This document shows, one piece after another, positions 46,448 to 60,490 of a stretch of 64,000 nucleotides of DNA. How positions within the stretch are numbered: the first letter of the stretch is position 1; every line of letters begins with the position of its first letter. Origin of the DNA: the human T2T-CHM13v2.0 reference genome, Homo sapiens; NCBI RefSeq assembly GCF_009914755.1, contig NC_060929.1, one strand, 5' to 3'. The notes under the pieces were generated by a model. The model was not told where the DNA came from. It was given only the letters and a program-made list of their open reading frames with translations, and ran no database searches. A program made the position numbers and the translations under genes.

Positions 46448-48067
46448 CCCTTTTTCTGTCTTCACAGTTAACTTGATTATATAGATGAAAGTCTAACAAT
46501 TTCATATTACTTTTCTTTTATACTTAGTTGCACAGTATGCTATGAGGTCTGTGAAATGCATGTACATTTCTCATTGGAATATTTTATTGTTATGTGTGTA
46601 GATTTTTGAATATAGCATTTTGAACATAATGGTCACGTTGGAGCAATTGCCATTTCAAATCATTAGGAACACTCAGGTCACTTTGGCATGGAGCTATTTT
46701 GTAAAAGACGTAGAAGCCATTTATAAACTTTGGTTTGCTTTTTAAAAATTTATTTCATTCTGAGGCTTATCCGTGTAAAATTACCAAAATGATTGTGGTT
46801 AGACTCTACATTGTCACAGTATTTAAATGTGCACAATATTCCACTTAGAAATAATGTCAGTACTAAAAGTAGTAGAGGGCTTTGATAGCAATATTAATAC
46901 ATCGTTAAGCCCTTCTCATTAAACAGTGTAATAGTCTTGTTGAAGTTTGTTAGGCATTTTAACCACTACTAATTAAAAATAGACCTACTGACTAGTCTGT
47001 TTTACTGTGCTTTATTGTGTCTTGGATGTTCATTCAGATACTTTTGCTGTTGAGAAATCAAATCGTCTCTTATGGTTTTAATTACAAAATACATATTAGA
47101 GGGATACAGTTCTTAGGGCTGTGATTTTTAATTTGTGTAACCTTTTTTTATTTTGGAAAGGAAATTTCAGATTTTTTCTAGTAATTTTTCATTTGTGAGT
47201 GTTGTTTTCTAGATACAGAAAATGTACCTAGATAGATGATCACATTTTAGGATATTTTGCTTACGTGTTATTTTATATTTATATACTATAATACCATTGT
47301 ATAGTTCAGAACAAGAAAATATCTTGATAAATCATCTGCTACTGTGAGGCAGTTAAAAAAATTTGAGGCTCACTGAAAATGTGTGACTTGCCCACTGTCT
47401 CATATTGCTAGTATTGGAGAGAAAACTAGAATCTAGGCCTTTATTTTCCTGATGTAATGATTTTAGCTAATTATTATTTATTTTCTTAAATCATTGCATT
47501 AATTGATTTTTCACAAGTAGAGCCTATATCAGTGTTTGCAATAATTAAATTTTAAGTATATTTCTATAATTGTAAATAAAATCCTGACATTTGTTACAGG
47601 ATGGGGTTTTCTTTCATCATATTTTTATAATAAAAATTAAGCAGTTATAAAAATAAATAGCCTAGTTTTTCAATTGGTATAAGCTGGCTTTATTTTATAC
47701 TGCTAATAAAGGCACATTATGTTCAAGCATTGCAATTATCGCTGAAATGCATGTCCATTAACTGAAACATTAGGCTGAGTATATAATTACTGTCTAGAGC
47801 CAATATCTTTGTGAAGCTGTACCTATAATGCTATTAAACTATAAACAATATTTGTAAACTAATATTTAAATAATTCAGAATTGATATAATCTTTTTGTAA
47901 ACTTAAAAATGAATGCTATATACATTTAGTTTGATTGTTTTTACGTGCTTAGAAAAATATGGGAATTCTCAAAGATAATTGAAATATGTGTCTTGAGATA
48001 GATGAATTTTTAATATAGTTGCTATAACCTAATACCTATTATTCTTTCTGAAGTCTTTTGTTCCATA

Positions 48068-48745
48068 TTTTTTATTGTGGTAAGAAATATACAACATAAA
48101 ATTTACTATCTTAACCATTTTAAAGTATGCAGTTCAGTGATATTAAATACATTCATATTGTTGTGCAACCATCACCACCATTCATCTCCAGAAGTCTTTT
48201 CATCTGCACAACTGAAACACTATACCCATTAAACAATAATTTGCATCCTCCCACCAGTCCTTGGCAACTACCATTCTAGTTATTGTCTCAGTGATTGTGA
48301 CAACCCTAGGTACTTCATGTAAGTGGAATCACATGGTATTAGTGTGCTTGTGACTGGCTTATTTTACTTCACATAATGTCCTTAAGGGTAGCTTATATTG
48401 TAGCAGACATCAGAATTTTTTTCTATTTTAAGACTATTATTCCCTTGTATATGTATATCACATTTTGCTTATCCATTCATTCATCAGTAGACACTTGGGT
48501 TGCTTCCATGTTTTAGCTATCATGAATAATGCTGCTATGAATATGGATATACAAATATCTCTTCGAGACCCTGCTTTCAATTCTTTTGGAGTAGAATTGC
48601 TGCATCATGGGTAATTTTGTGTTTATTTTTTTGAGGAACCTCCATGCTCTTTTCTACAGCAGTTGTACCACTTAATATTTCCACCAGCATTGCACAAGGA
48701 TTCGAGTTTCTCCACATCCTCACCAACACTTATTTTCTACTTTGT
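48068..48745 (-). mobile_element. L1MB 3' end
   Basis: aacataaaatttactatcttaaccatttttaag...ttgttgtgcaaccatcacca...tttctccacatcctcaccaacac. Confidence 0.8.
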
Positions 48746-48903
48746 TTTACTGAAGTCTTTTATTCATACAAAATATGTATAAATTCTGTTTACAAAAAAA
48801 ATGATGTAGCTATAGTCAAGCTTTTTAACTTGAAAGGTCTTTTGGGGCCTATCAATGCAAAATTGCTTTTAAATCTGAATATATTGACTATTGAAATCTA
48901 CTG

Positions 48904-49377
48904 TGTCACACGCATCCGTGTCATGCGCGTCCGTGTGAAGAGACCACCAAACAGCCTTTGTGTGAGCAACAAGTCTGTTTATTTCATCTGGGTGCAGGCG
49001 GGCTGAGTCTGAAAAGAGAGTCAGCAAAGCTTGGTGGGATTATCATTAGTTCTTATAGGTTTTGGGATAGGCAGTGAGTTAGGAGCAATGTTTTACGGGC
49101 AGGGGGTGGATCTCACAAAGTACATTCTCAAGGGTGGGGAGAATTACAAAGAACCTTCTTAAGGATGGGGAGAATTACAAAGAACCTTTTTAAGGGTGGG
49201 GAAGATTACAAAGTACATTCATCAGTTAGGGTGGGGCAGAAACAAATCAGTGGTGGAATGTCATCAGTTAAGGCTGTTTTCACTTCTTTTGTGGATCTTC
49301 AGTTGCTTCAGGCCGTCCGGATGTATATGTGCAGGTCACGGGATATGATGGCTTAGCTTGGGCTCAGAGGCCTGACA
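48904..49377 (-). repeat. HERV-H 3' LTR (LTR7 family, type II repeats, LTR7B-like), 474 bp
   Basis: Minus strand reads tgtcaggcctctgagcccaagctaagccatc...tgaca. Confidence 0.92.
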
Positions 49378-49600
49378 TTCCTGTCTTCTTATATTAATAA
49401 GAAAAGCAAAGCAAAATAGTGGTGAAGTGTTGGAGCAGTGAAATATTTTGGGGGTGGTATGGAGAGAGAATGGGCAATGTTTCTCAGGGCTGCTTCGAGG
49501 GGATTAGGGGCAGCATGAGAACCTGCAATGGGAGAGATTCAACTGAAGAAAGATTTTGGGGTAAGGGGTGATATTGTGGGGTTGTTAGAAGGAGCGTTTG

Positions 49601-49822
49601 TCATATCGAATTATTGGTGTTGGCCTGAATGCGGTTTTGTATGAATTGAGAAACTAAATGAAAGACACAAGGTCCGAATAAAAGAAGGAGAAAAATAGGT
49701 GTTAAAGGACTAAGAATTGGGAGTACCCAGGACGTCCAATTAGAGAGCGTCCAAGGGGGTTCAATGTTATTGTTTGCTTGGTTGGCGACTTTCAAGGCTC
49801 TATCCAAGTTTTTGGGGTACAC
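49601..49822 (-). pseudogene. HERV-H env TM/cytoplasmic remnant
   Basis: WTLSNWTSWVLPILSPLTPIFLLLLFGPCVFHLVSQFIQNRI directly follows integrase, so most of env is deleted. Confidence 0.85.
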
Positions 49823-49823
49823 T

Positions 49824-52800
49824 TCAAGTTGGGCTGGTGTCTGGAATGAGACTGGAGCCTAATAAAAAGGAGTGTCCATGCAGGAGCTTAAATGGGCTGT
49901 ACTCTGTAGCATCTCGAGGACAGGATCTAATTCTGAGAAGGGCAAGAGGTAAAAGTACTGTCCAGTCCTTTTTAAGTTGGAGGCTGAGCTTGGTGAGGTG
50001 TGTCTTTAAAAGACCATTAGCCCATTTTACCTTTCCTGAAGATTGAGGATGGTAAGGGGTACAAAGTTTCCACTGAATACCAAGAGCCTGAGAAACTGCT
50101 TGGGTGATTTGACTAATCATGGCCAGTCCGTTATTGGACTGTATAGAGGTGGGAAGGCAAAACCGAGGAATTACGTCTGACAAAAGGGAAGAAATGACCG
50201 CAGTGACCTTCTCAGACCCTATGGGAAAGGCCTCTACCCATCCAGTGAAAGCATCTACCGAGACCAAGAGGTATTTTAGTTTCCTGACTCGAGCCATGTG
50301 AGTAAAGTCAATTTGCTGGTCCTGGGCAGGGGCAAATCCCCGAGTTTGACGTGTAGGGAAGGGAGGGGGCCTGAACAATCCCTGAGGAGTAGTAGAATAG
50401 CAGATGGAACACTGAGAAGTGATTTCCTTAGGGATAGACCTCCACAATGGAAAGGAAATGAGAGGTTCTAAGAGGCGGGCTAGTGGCTTGTAACCTACAT
50501 GGAAGAGGTTATGAAATGACGATAGAATAGAATGGGCCTGTGAGGCTGGAAGGAGATATTTTCCTTGGTCCAAGAACCATTTGCCTTGTGTGGGAAGAGA
50601 TTGATAGGTGGAGGTTTCGGTGGGAGAGTAGGTGGGAGTGACTGATGAGAAGGAGGAAAACTGGCCGTGAGGGACAGAAGTTGGAATGCTAGCTGCTTCT
50701 TTAGCTACCTTATCAGCATAAGCGTTGCCCTGAGTGATGGGATCTGATGCCTTTTGATGGCCCTTGCAGTGTATGACTCCAGCTTCCTTTGGAAGTAAAG
50801 CGGCCTTGAGAAGAGTTTTTATTAAAGAGGCATTAATGTTGGAGGACGCTTGTGTAGTGAGGAAACCTTTTTCAGCCTATATAACAGCATGGTGGTGCAG
50901 GATATGGAAGGCATATTTAGAGTCAGTATAAATATTGACACATAGTCCCTTTGCAAGAGTGAAGGCCTGAGTTAAGGCAATGAGTTTGGCTTGCTGAGAG
51001 GTAGTGGAAGGGGGCAGAATGGTAGCCTCAGTGATAGATGTGGAAGATACTATAGCATAGCCTGCCTTTGCTGGTGAGTGGCGATTAGGCCTGGTAGAAC
51101 TATCATCAGTAAACCAAGTGTGATCAGATTGAGGAACAGGAAAGAAGGAAATATGGGGAAATGGAGTGAATGTCAGGTGTATCAGAGATACAGTCATGGG
51201 GGTCAGGTGTGGTTTCGGGAATAATGTGGGAGGCCGGATTGAAGTCTGGGTCAGGAACAATGGTAACTGTGGGAGACTCAACAAAGAGTGAGTACAACTG
51301 AAGGAGCCAGGGAGCAGAAAGTATATGTGTCATGTGTGAGGCAGAAAATAGATTTTGGAAGTTATGAGAACTGTAGAGAGTGAGTTGAGCATAGTTTGTG
51401 ATTTTGAGGGCCTCTGAAAGTATTAGGGCAATGGCGGCCGCTGCACGGAGACATGATGGCCAGCCTAAAACAGTAAGGTCAATTGTTTGGTTAAAAAGGC
51501 TACAGAGTGCGGTCCTGGTCCTTGTGTAAGAATTCCAAATGCACAGCCCTGCAATTCAGCTGTATGTAATGAAAACAGTTAGGATGAGTCAGGGAAAGCT
51601 ATTGTGGGAGCAGTCTCTACAGCTGTCTTCAAGGAACAGAAAGAGGAGTGGGGAAAGGATTTAGGATCTATAGGGTCAGCTAGGTTTCCTTTTGTGAGTT
51701 TATGTATTGGTTTTGTTAGGATGGCAAAACCAGGTATCCAAAGGCAAAAGTATCCAACCATGCCCAGGAAGGAAAGGAGTTGTTGTTTTGTAGAAGGGGT
51801 TGGGGTTTGAGAGATCAGTCAGACACTATCGGCAGGGAGAGCACGTGTGTTTTTATGAAGAATTATGCCGAGGTAGGTAACGGATGGAGAAGAAATTTGA
51901 GCTTTGGAGGGGGATACCCCATATCCCTTGGAGAATTAGTGTTGAAGGAGCAGGAGGGTGTCCTGTTGAGAAGATTGAAAGGAGGGGCTACAAAGTAGAA
52001 GGTCATCAGTATATTGAATAAGGTGAGAAGTGGAGGGGTGGAAAGAAAGTAAATCATGAGAAAGAGCTTGGCTGAAGTAATGAGGGCTGTCCCTGAAGCC
52101 TTGCGGCAGTACAGCCCAGGTAAGCTACTGGGACTGATGGGTGTCAGCGTCAGGCCAGGTAAAAGCAAAGAGAGGCTGGGACGAGGGGTGTAGGGGAATA
52201 GTGCAAAAAGCATCTTTAAGATCAAGAATGGAATAGTGAGTTGTGGAGGAAGATATTGAGGACAAAAGAGTGTATGGGTTGGGCACCACAGGGTGGATAG
52301 GCAAAACAATTTGGTTGATAAGGCACAGATATTGAACTAACCTGTAAGAGTTGTCCGGTTTTTGAATAGGTAAAATGGCAGAATTGTAAGGAGAGTTTAT
52401 AGGTTTTAGAAGCCCATGCTGTAGCAGGCAAGTGATAACAGGCTTTAATCCCCTTAAAGCCTGTTGTGGGATGGGATACTGGCATTGTGTGGGGTAAGGG
52501 TGATTAGGTTTCAATGGGATAGTAATGGGCGTGTGATCGGTTGCCAGGGAGGGAGTGGAGATGTCCCATACTTGCGGGTTAAGGTAGGAGGATATGAGAG
52601 GAAGACACGAAGGAGGCTTTGGGTTGGGAAGAAGGGTGGCAATGAGATGTGGCTGCAGTCCAGGAATAATCAGGGAAGCAGATAATTCGGTTAAAATGTC
52701 TCAGTCTAATAAGGGAACTGGGCAGGTGGGGATAAAAAAGAGTGCATAAAAGAATGTTGTCCAAGATGGCACCAGACTGGGGGAGTTTTAAGGGGTTTTG

Positions 52801-52987
52801 AAGCTTGGCCATCAATACCCACAACAGTTATGGGGGCAAGGGAAACAGGCCCTTGAAAAGAAGGTAATGTGGAGTGGGTAGCCCCCGTATCGATTAAACA
52901 GGGGACGGACTTACTCTTCTCTGTAAGAGTTACCTGAAGCTCAGCATCCATGATAGTCCAGGGGGCTTCCAAGGCGATGGGCAGCAT
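49824..52987 (-). pseudogene. HERV-H pro-pol remnants (protease, RT, RNase H, integrase), frameshifted
   Basis: LIDTGAT (protease); LDLKDAF and YTDD-type motif near 52000-52020 (RT); WFTD..NIYTDSKYAF (RNase H); IDFTH...PYHPQSSGKV (integrase). Confidence 0.92.
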
Positions 52988-53448
52988 CAGTCTTCAGCTG
53001 CTAAGCCAAGGAGATCTGGGAAGGAGTCAGTCAAGGAATGTTGGGTTTGGGCTTCAGGGGTTTTAGGAGCAGCAGTGATGTGAGTCGGACAGTCCGACCT
53101 CCAGCGGGGGCCCACACAGACAGGGCACGGCTTAGGAGGAATCCCAGGCTGAGGACATTCTGAGGCCCAGTGGCCAGGCTTTTGGCATTTGAAGCAAGGT
53201 CCATGAGGATGTTTTGAAGGAGCCCCTGCGAGCTGTGGCTTGGATGTTCTAAAGTTCTTGCATGCTAGAGATGTGGTTGTGGGTTTTCCTACAGCGGAGG
53301 CAAGTAGCTGTAACTCAGAAATACGTTGCTGTCTGGCTACCCCCTCTCTATTATTGTGTACCTTGAAGGTGAGGTTGATTAATTCCTATTGTGGGGTTTG
53401 AGGGCCGGATTCCAATTTTTGAAGCTTTTTTCTAATGTCAGGAGCTGA

Positions 53449-55098
<1,650 letters not shown>

Positions 55099-55115
55099 AA
55101 GAATAGGTCGGCCTT

Positions 55116-56200
55116 CTGGCCCCTCTGGGTCTAGGGTGGTAAAGCATCTAAGGGTTGCTGCTAAGCGGGCCATGAACTGGGCTGGGTTTTCGTCTTTACG
55201 TTGGGTATTTTCTTTAAGTTTGTCATAATTAACAGCTTTGTAAGCTGCCGTTTTAAGCCCTTCAACTAGGCAGGAAACCACGTAATCTCGCTTAGCTATA
55301 CCTGGGGAATCTGCCTGATAGTTCCATTGGGGATCTTCTCGGGGAACTGCTCTCATGCCTTCCGGGAGGTCTGGCTCATGAAGCCGGTGGTTATCAGTGT
55401 GAGATTGGGCTAGAGAAAAAAGTCTTTCCCGTTCATCTGGGGAAAGGGTAGAAGTTAGGATGACATTTAAGTCACTCCAGGTTGAATTGTAGGACAGAGT
55501 TAGATATCAGAATTCCTGTGTATATTTAGTGGGGTCTGATGAGAAAGAGCCTAAACGCTGGCTGATTTGGGAAAGGTCTGATAGAGAAAAAGGCACACGT
55601 ACCCTGACTGTTCCTTCAGCTCCAGCCAACTCTCTAAGAGGAAATTGTCGGGCAGTGGGGGAGAGCTAGTTGCAGAAAGAAACTGTAAACCAGACCAGGT
55701 GTGGAGAGGGAGGTAATAGAAGGGTTATAGGGTAGGGGAGCAGAGGCTGAAGAAGAGTTGGAGCCTGATTCAGCCTGGCAGGGAGCGACTTGAGGAGGAG
55801 CAGTCTGGGAAGGAAGTGAGAGGTCAGATGGGTCAGTAGAAAAGGAAGATTCACAAGACTCAGCGATGCTTGGGGTTGGGACTGAAGGGACAGGTGGGAG
55901 GGAAAGAAGGAGGATTTGGGACAAGTTGCATTGGGAACAGAGACTAGGGAGGGAACGAAGTGTGAAAAATGCCTGGACGTAGGGCATCTCAGACTATTTG
56001 CCCATTTTTCGACAAAAATTATCTAGGTCTCGTAGGATGGAGAAATCAAAAGTGCCGTTTTCTGGCCATTTAGAACCATTGTCGAGTTTGTACTGGGGCC
56101 AAGCAGTGATGCAGAAGAAAATAAGATGCTTAGATTTTAGGTCAGGCAAGAGTTGAAGAGGTTTTAAGTTCTTGAGAACACAGGCTAAGGAGAAGAAGGA
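55116..56200 (-). pseudogene. HERV-H gag remnant (continues at about 53000-53486 beyond the L1)
   Basis: AVPREDPQWNYQ...KAVNYDKLKE.TQ.KDENPAQFMARL (MHR-like); PYVQAFFTL. Confidence 0.88.
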
Positions 56201-56735
56201 GGAATGGAGGGTGGAAGTTTGCCCATAGTGAAGGAGGCAAGTTTAAAGAGAAGGGTAGATATGGCGAAGCCGGTGGGGAGCAACCCTGGGCTGCAATGTG
56301 GGTGAGCAGCCAAAGCAGGCATCCCTGCAATTGACTTGCCACCAAGGGAATATGGGTAAATGACCAAGGCAGGAGTCCCTGTGGTGATCAGACACCAGTG
56401 GAATATGGGTGAATAATCAGGCAGGCATCCCTGCAATGATTAAACACCAAGGGAAGACTGTCTTCCTGAATCTGTGACCGGTGCCGGAGTTTTGGGTACA
56501 CAGATAAAATGTGTCTCCTTTGTCTGTACTAGAGAGGGAAAAGATCTGGAATTGGAAGGACAGGGAGATTGAAGGGTAGCGAGAGAGGCTGGAGAAGAGA
56601 GTGAAAAGACCGCTTACTCGAAATTGGTGAGATGTTCCTTGGGCTGGTTGGTCTGAGGACCCGAGGTCATAGGTGGATCTCTTCACGGAGTGAGGGTGAG
56701 GACAGGGGACTGGTCTCCCAAAGGAGTCCCTCTGA

Positions 56736-56753
56736 CCCGGGTCTTTGGCACCA
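56736..56753 (-). promoter_or_regulatory. Retroviral primer-binding site TGGTGCCAAAGACCCGGG
   Basis: Begins 2 nt inside the 5' LTR end and starts with TGG. Confidence 0.88.
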
Positions 56754-56755
56754 AA

Positions 56756-57188
56756 TGTCACGGACGTCCGTGTGAAGAGATCACCAAACAGGCTTTGTGT
56801 GAGCAACAAGACTGTTTATTTCACCTGGGTGCAGGCAGGCTGAGTCTGAAAAGAGAGTCAGCAAAGCATGGTGGGATTATCATTAGTTCTTACAGGTTTT
56901 GGGATAGGCAGTGGAGTTAGGAGCAATGTTTTGCGGGTAGGGGGTGAATCTCACAAAGTACATTCTCAAGGGTGGGGAGAATTACAAAGAACCTTCTTAA
57001 GGGTGGGGAAGATTACAAAGTACATTCATCAGTTACGGTGGGGCAAAAACAAATCACAAGGGTGGAATGTCATCAGTTAAGGCTATTTTCATTTCTTTTG
57101 TGGATCTTCAGTTGCTTCAGGCCATCTGGATGTATACAGGCAGGTCACAGGGGATATGATGGCTTAGATTGGGCTCAGAGGCCTGACA
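56756..57188 (-). repeat. HERV-H 5' LTR (LTR7B-like), 433 bp; potential antisense promoter
   Basis: Direct repeat of 48904-49377, adjacent to the PBS. Confidence 0.92.
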
Positions 57189-58069
57189 TACTGACCTTAT
57201 GTTTTCAATTAAATGTACCACCTTTCTTTACTGTTACCACATTTGTAAGCGTGTTTTGATGACTATTAAATATAGATGCTTCCCAATTTTCTATAGTGCT
57301 CCTTTTCAATTTGTATAATTTACAGGTTATTAAATGGCATTACTTATTTATTTGGCACTGCTAAATGTTCATTTCAATGCCATGGCTTGGGCATGTTATC
57401 TCCAAGCTATTTAATGAGGAAGACAGAGTCAAGAGACTTCCTGCCTCATTTTGTCCCTGCCACTAAGGCTGCACCTTGTAGTGGAAATCATTTTGGCTTT
57501 GAAATCTGAACTTGATTTCAGTGCCAATCTTTATCACTTAGTAGGTTTGTGACAGTTAAGCAATTTACCTAACTTTTCTGCATGTCAGTTTCCCTAAATA
57601 AAACACTGCTGGACTGTTTGAGGGTTAGAGATAATAAATATAAAGAGTGTCAAACAAGATTGGTGTTCTCTAAATCATAGCTATTAACATTGCTTTACTT
57701 GTAACTTTGGGTAAGTTGCTTATAATCTAAATCTTAGATTTACTTCATGTAAAATGAAAGGATTGAATTGGATTGGTATAAATGGGTCTTAGGACCCTTG
57801 AGGTAATATACAGATATTTTTATTTTGTACACTTTTGTGAGGTTTGTAGTGTTCATCAGATTCATAAAGTGATTTGTAAATCCCCTGAATAAAAGGGTAA
57901 ATTCTAAACTAGGTGATCTCCAAGTTCTTTTCTTATGATAAAATTTTCTACCTATAGGCTACATAGTCAACTTCAGTGTGACTGAGGTTAGGGAAATTAT
58001 TTTTGAAAAATTTTTTGAATCAGGACCTCAGAATGTAAATGTTTGTTGCTGTTAAAAGTAATTATTATA

Positions 58070-59490
58070 GTCTTCTAGCTTTTGGTAACTGATGGAAACA
58101 CTTGTATCAAGTAACCATCTTGCTGATAACAATTATAACCTCTGGACAAAACATTAAAGAAAAAGAAACACTGTTTGAAGGCACTGGAGAGTGATCAAAA
58201 GTAGGTAGGAATTGGAGGTAAGATGCACCTTTATGGAAAGGAACCAAACTGGTTGAGGTCTACATTTATCTGACTTATTCTTTAAATAAATGCACAAGTT
58301 TATGCAGTATATGGGAATACAGCTCAAGCAGAAATCAGCCCTCTTTTTGATGAGTTAGAGGATGATATTTAGGGCAATGAAAGCAGGTGAAAAATTGAGA
58401 GTGATCCCAGAAAGGAAGGAGCCACAAAGTGAGGGAACCCCCAAATTTGTATGCAGGTTTCCCCCACAACCATGCGGGACAAGATTCCAGGAAACCCAGA
58501 GGCAATGAAGGAACAATAGGCAGAAAGCTTAAAGAATTAAAGAGAGATCTTAGCAGTTGCTGGAGATGGACTTTAGAGTTCCCACCCTGCTAAAATAGAG
58601 GAACTTGGTAAATGCCTCAGGCTTGCTACGGAAAACCTGAAATGGCCACACACAGTATGGATCTTATCCTATGATTAAGATCTTCACGATAAAACCAAAG
58701 CCAAACTGAAATAGCTATCAATATGTTCTAACCTTTAAGCAAGCCCTTACAGGTTAAGGTGATCCTCCATTAATTCAGTTGTCTGTAAGAATAAAATTCA
58801 TTATTTTCTGGAGGAAGCTAATACAATACAGAGTTCCAAGATTATATGAAGTGCCCAGCCAGAAATTAATAGACAAGTGAGGAAATAAGGAAAGGCAACT
58901 CATTGGAAAAAAATCTGCAGAAAGAGACCAGCAGTTCACTCAGATGCTGGATTACTAGACAGGTACCTTAACTATAATAAATATGCTAAAAAATCTAAGG
59001 GGGAAAAATGAGGAAATTCCCCTATCCCCCACAAAAAACCAGTATCAGGAATGAAAGAGGGTACATCAGTATAGATCCTATAGATGTTAAAAGGATTATT
59101 AGGGAGTCTTATGAATAAGTTTATACCAGTAAATTTGACAACTTAGAGAAAAATGACAAAATCTTTTAAAAACAGAACTTATCAAAACTAGTAAGAGAAG
59201 AAATGGAAACTTGTAAGTGGGTTTACATTTTAATAAAAGGAATTGTAATACGTAATTTAAAATCTTCATACAAAGGAAATTGCAGGCCCACAGGATTTCA
59301 CTGACGAATTCTATCAAACATTGGAGGAAAAAATAATACCACTCTTACATAAACATTCAGAAAAAAGAGGAAGAGAAGAACTTCCCAGTTTCTTTTATGA
59401 GTCTAATCTAACTAATACAAAAACCTGACAAGGGCATTTCCAAAAAAGATTGCAGACTAACATCTCTCATGAGCACAAATACAAAAATTC
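58070..59490 (+). mobile_element. Old L1M 5' region and ORF2 fragments
   Basis: aggcccacaggatttcactgacgaattctatcaaaca...aaaacctgacaagg (degenerate ORF2). Confidence 0.65.
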
Positions 59491-60349
59491 CCAATAATTT
59501 TAAACTTTACCCAAATTACTAGGTTTCAAAAAGAATTCATTAGTTTTTAAGATTAATTCAACTAACAGTAGATATTGTACTGCTTGTATTTGCTTAGTTT
59601 GCCATCACATAAGAATGTGAATAAATATTGATGTTATTATCCAATTTATTATCAGAAATGACCAGGTATCATATGAGGATAACCAACTAGTATGTTTTTT
59701 GGCCTATATAGTCTCCCTTAGTACTTGTATAATGGGTAGTTATTCGTTCTGTTCTTTTTTTTAATATGTGTTTAAAAGGAATTGAATTTTAACCCATTTT
59801 TCATGATAATTATGGAAAATTATTTTTTCCAATGACATATTTTGGAAACTTTCAAACCCACAGAAAACTTAATAATTTAACAAATGCCTTCATACTGTGC
59901 ATTTTGCCACATTTGTTTTACCTCTCTCTTTCTACATCTATATATACATTTATGCATACATATGATATATAACCTTTTTTTGGTAAACCATTTGAAAATA
60001 AGTTACATAACATCATGAGAGTTAACCCCTAGTATTTTTTATATACCTCCTGAGAACAAGAATATTCTCATACACAAACGCAATACTATGATTACACTCA
60101 AATGTTGTAATGATATAGGAATATTATTTAATACATAGTTCCTAGTTGTTTCTCGTTTGTCCCAGTAATGTCCTATATAACTTTAAAAAAAATATCTGAA
60201 CCGGACATGCATTGGATTTAATGTCTCTTTAATCTAACATCGTTTTGCTACCTTTTATGTTTTTTCATGATTTTAACATTTTTGAAAAGTCCAAGCCACT
60301 GTTTTGTAGAAAGTCGTACTATTTGAGCTATTCTGGTTATTGCCTCAGT

Positions 60350-60490
60350 AATATATTTGTTTAAACAAATAATATATTTGTTTAAACAAATTATATTATT
60401 TGTTTAAACGAATATATTGTTTGTTTATTTGTTTAAACAAATAATACATTTGTTTAAACAAATAATATAATTTGTTTAAACAAATATATT
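60350..60490. repeat. AT-rich palindromic array with six GTTTAAAC units
   Basis: GTTTAAAC at 60359, 60380, 60402, 60431, 60452 and 60474. Confidence 0.95.

Noticed and set aside
49824-50573. 249-aa integrase ORF as an active enzyme
   Set aside because: Catalytic residues look altered (SNNG for SDNG, KVKW for KVER) and upstream pol is broken.
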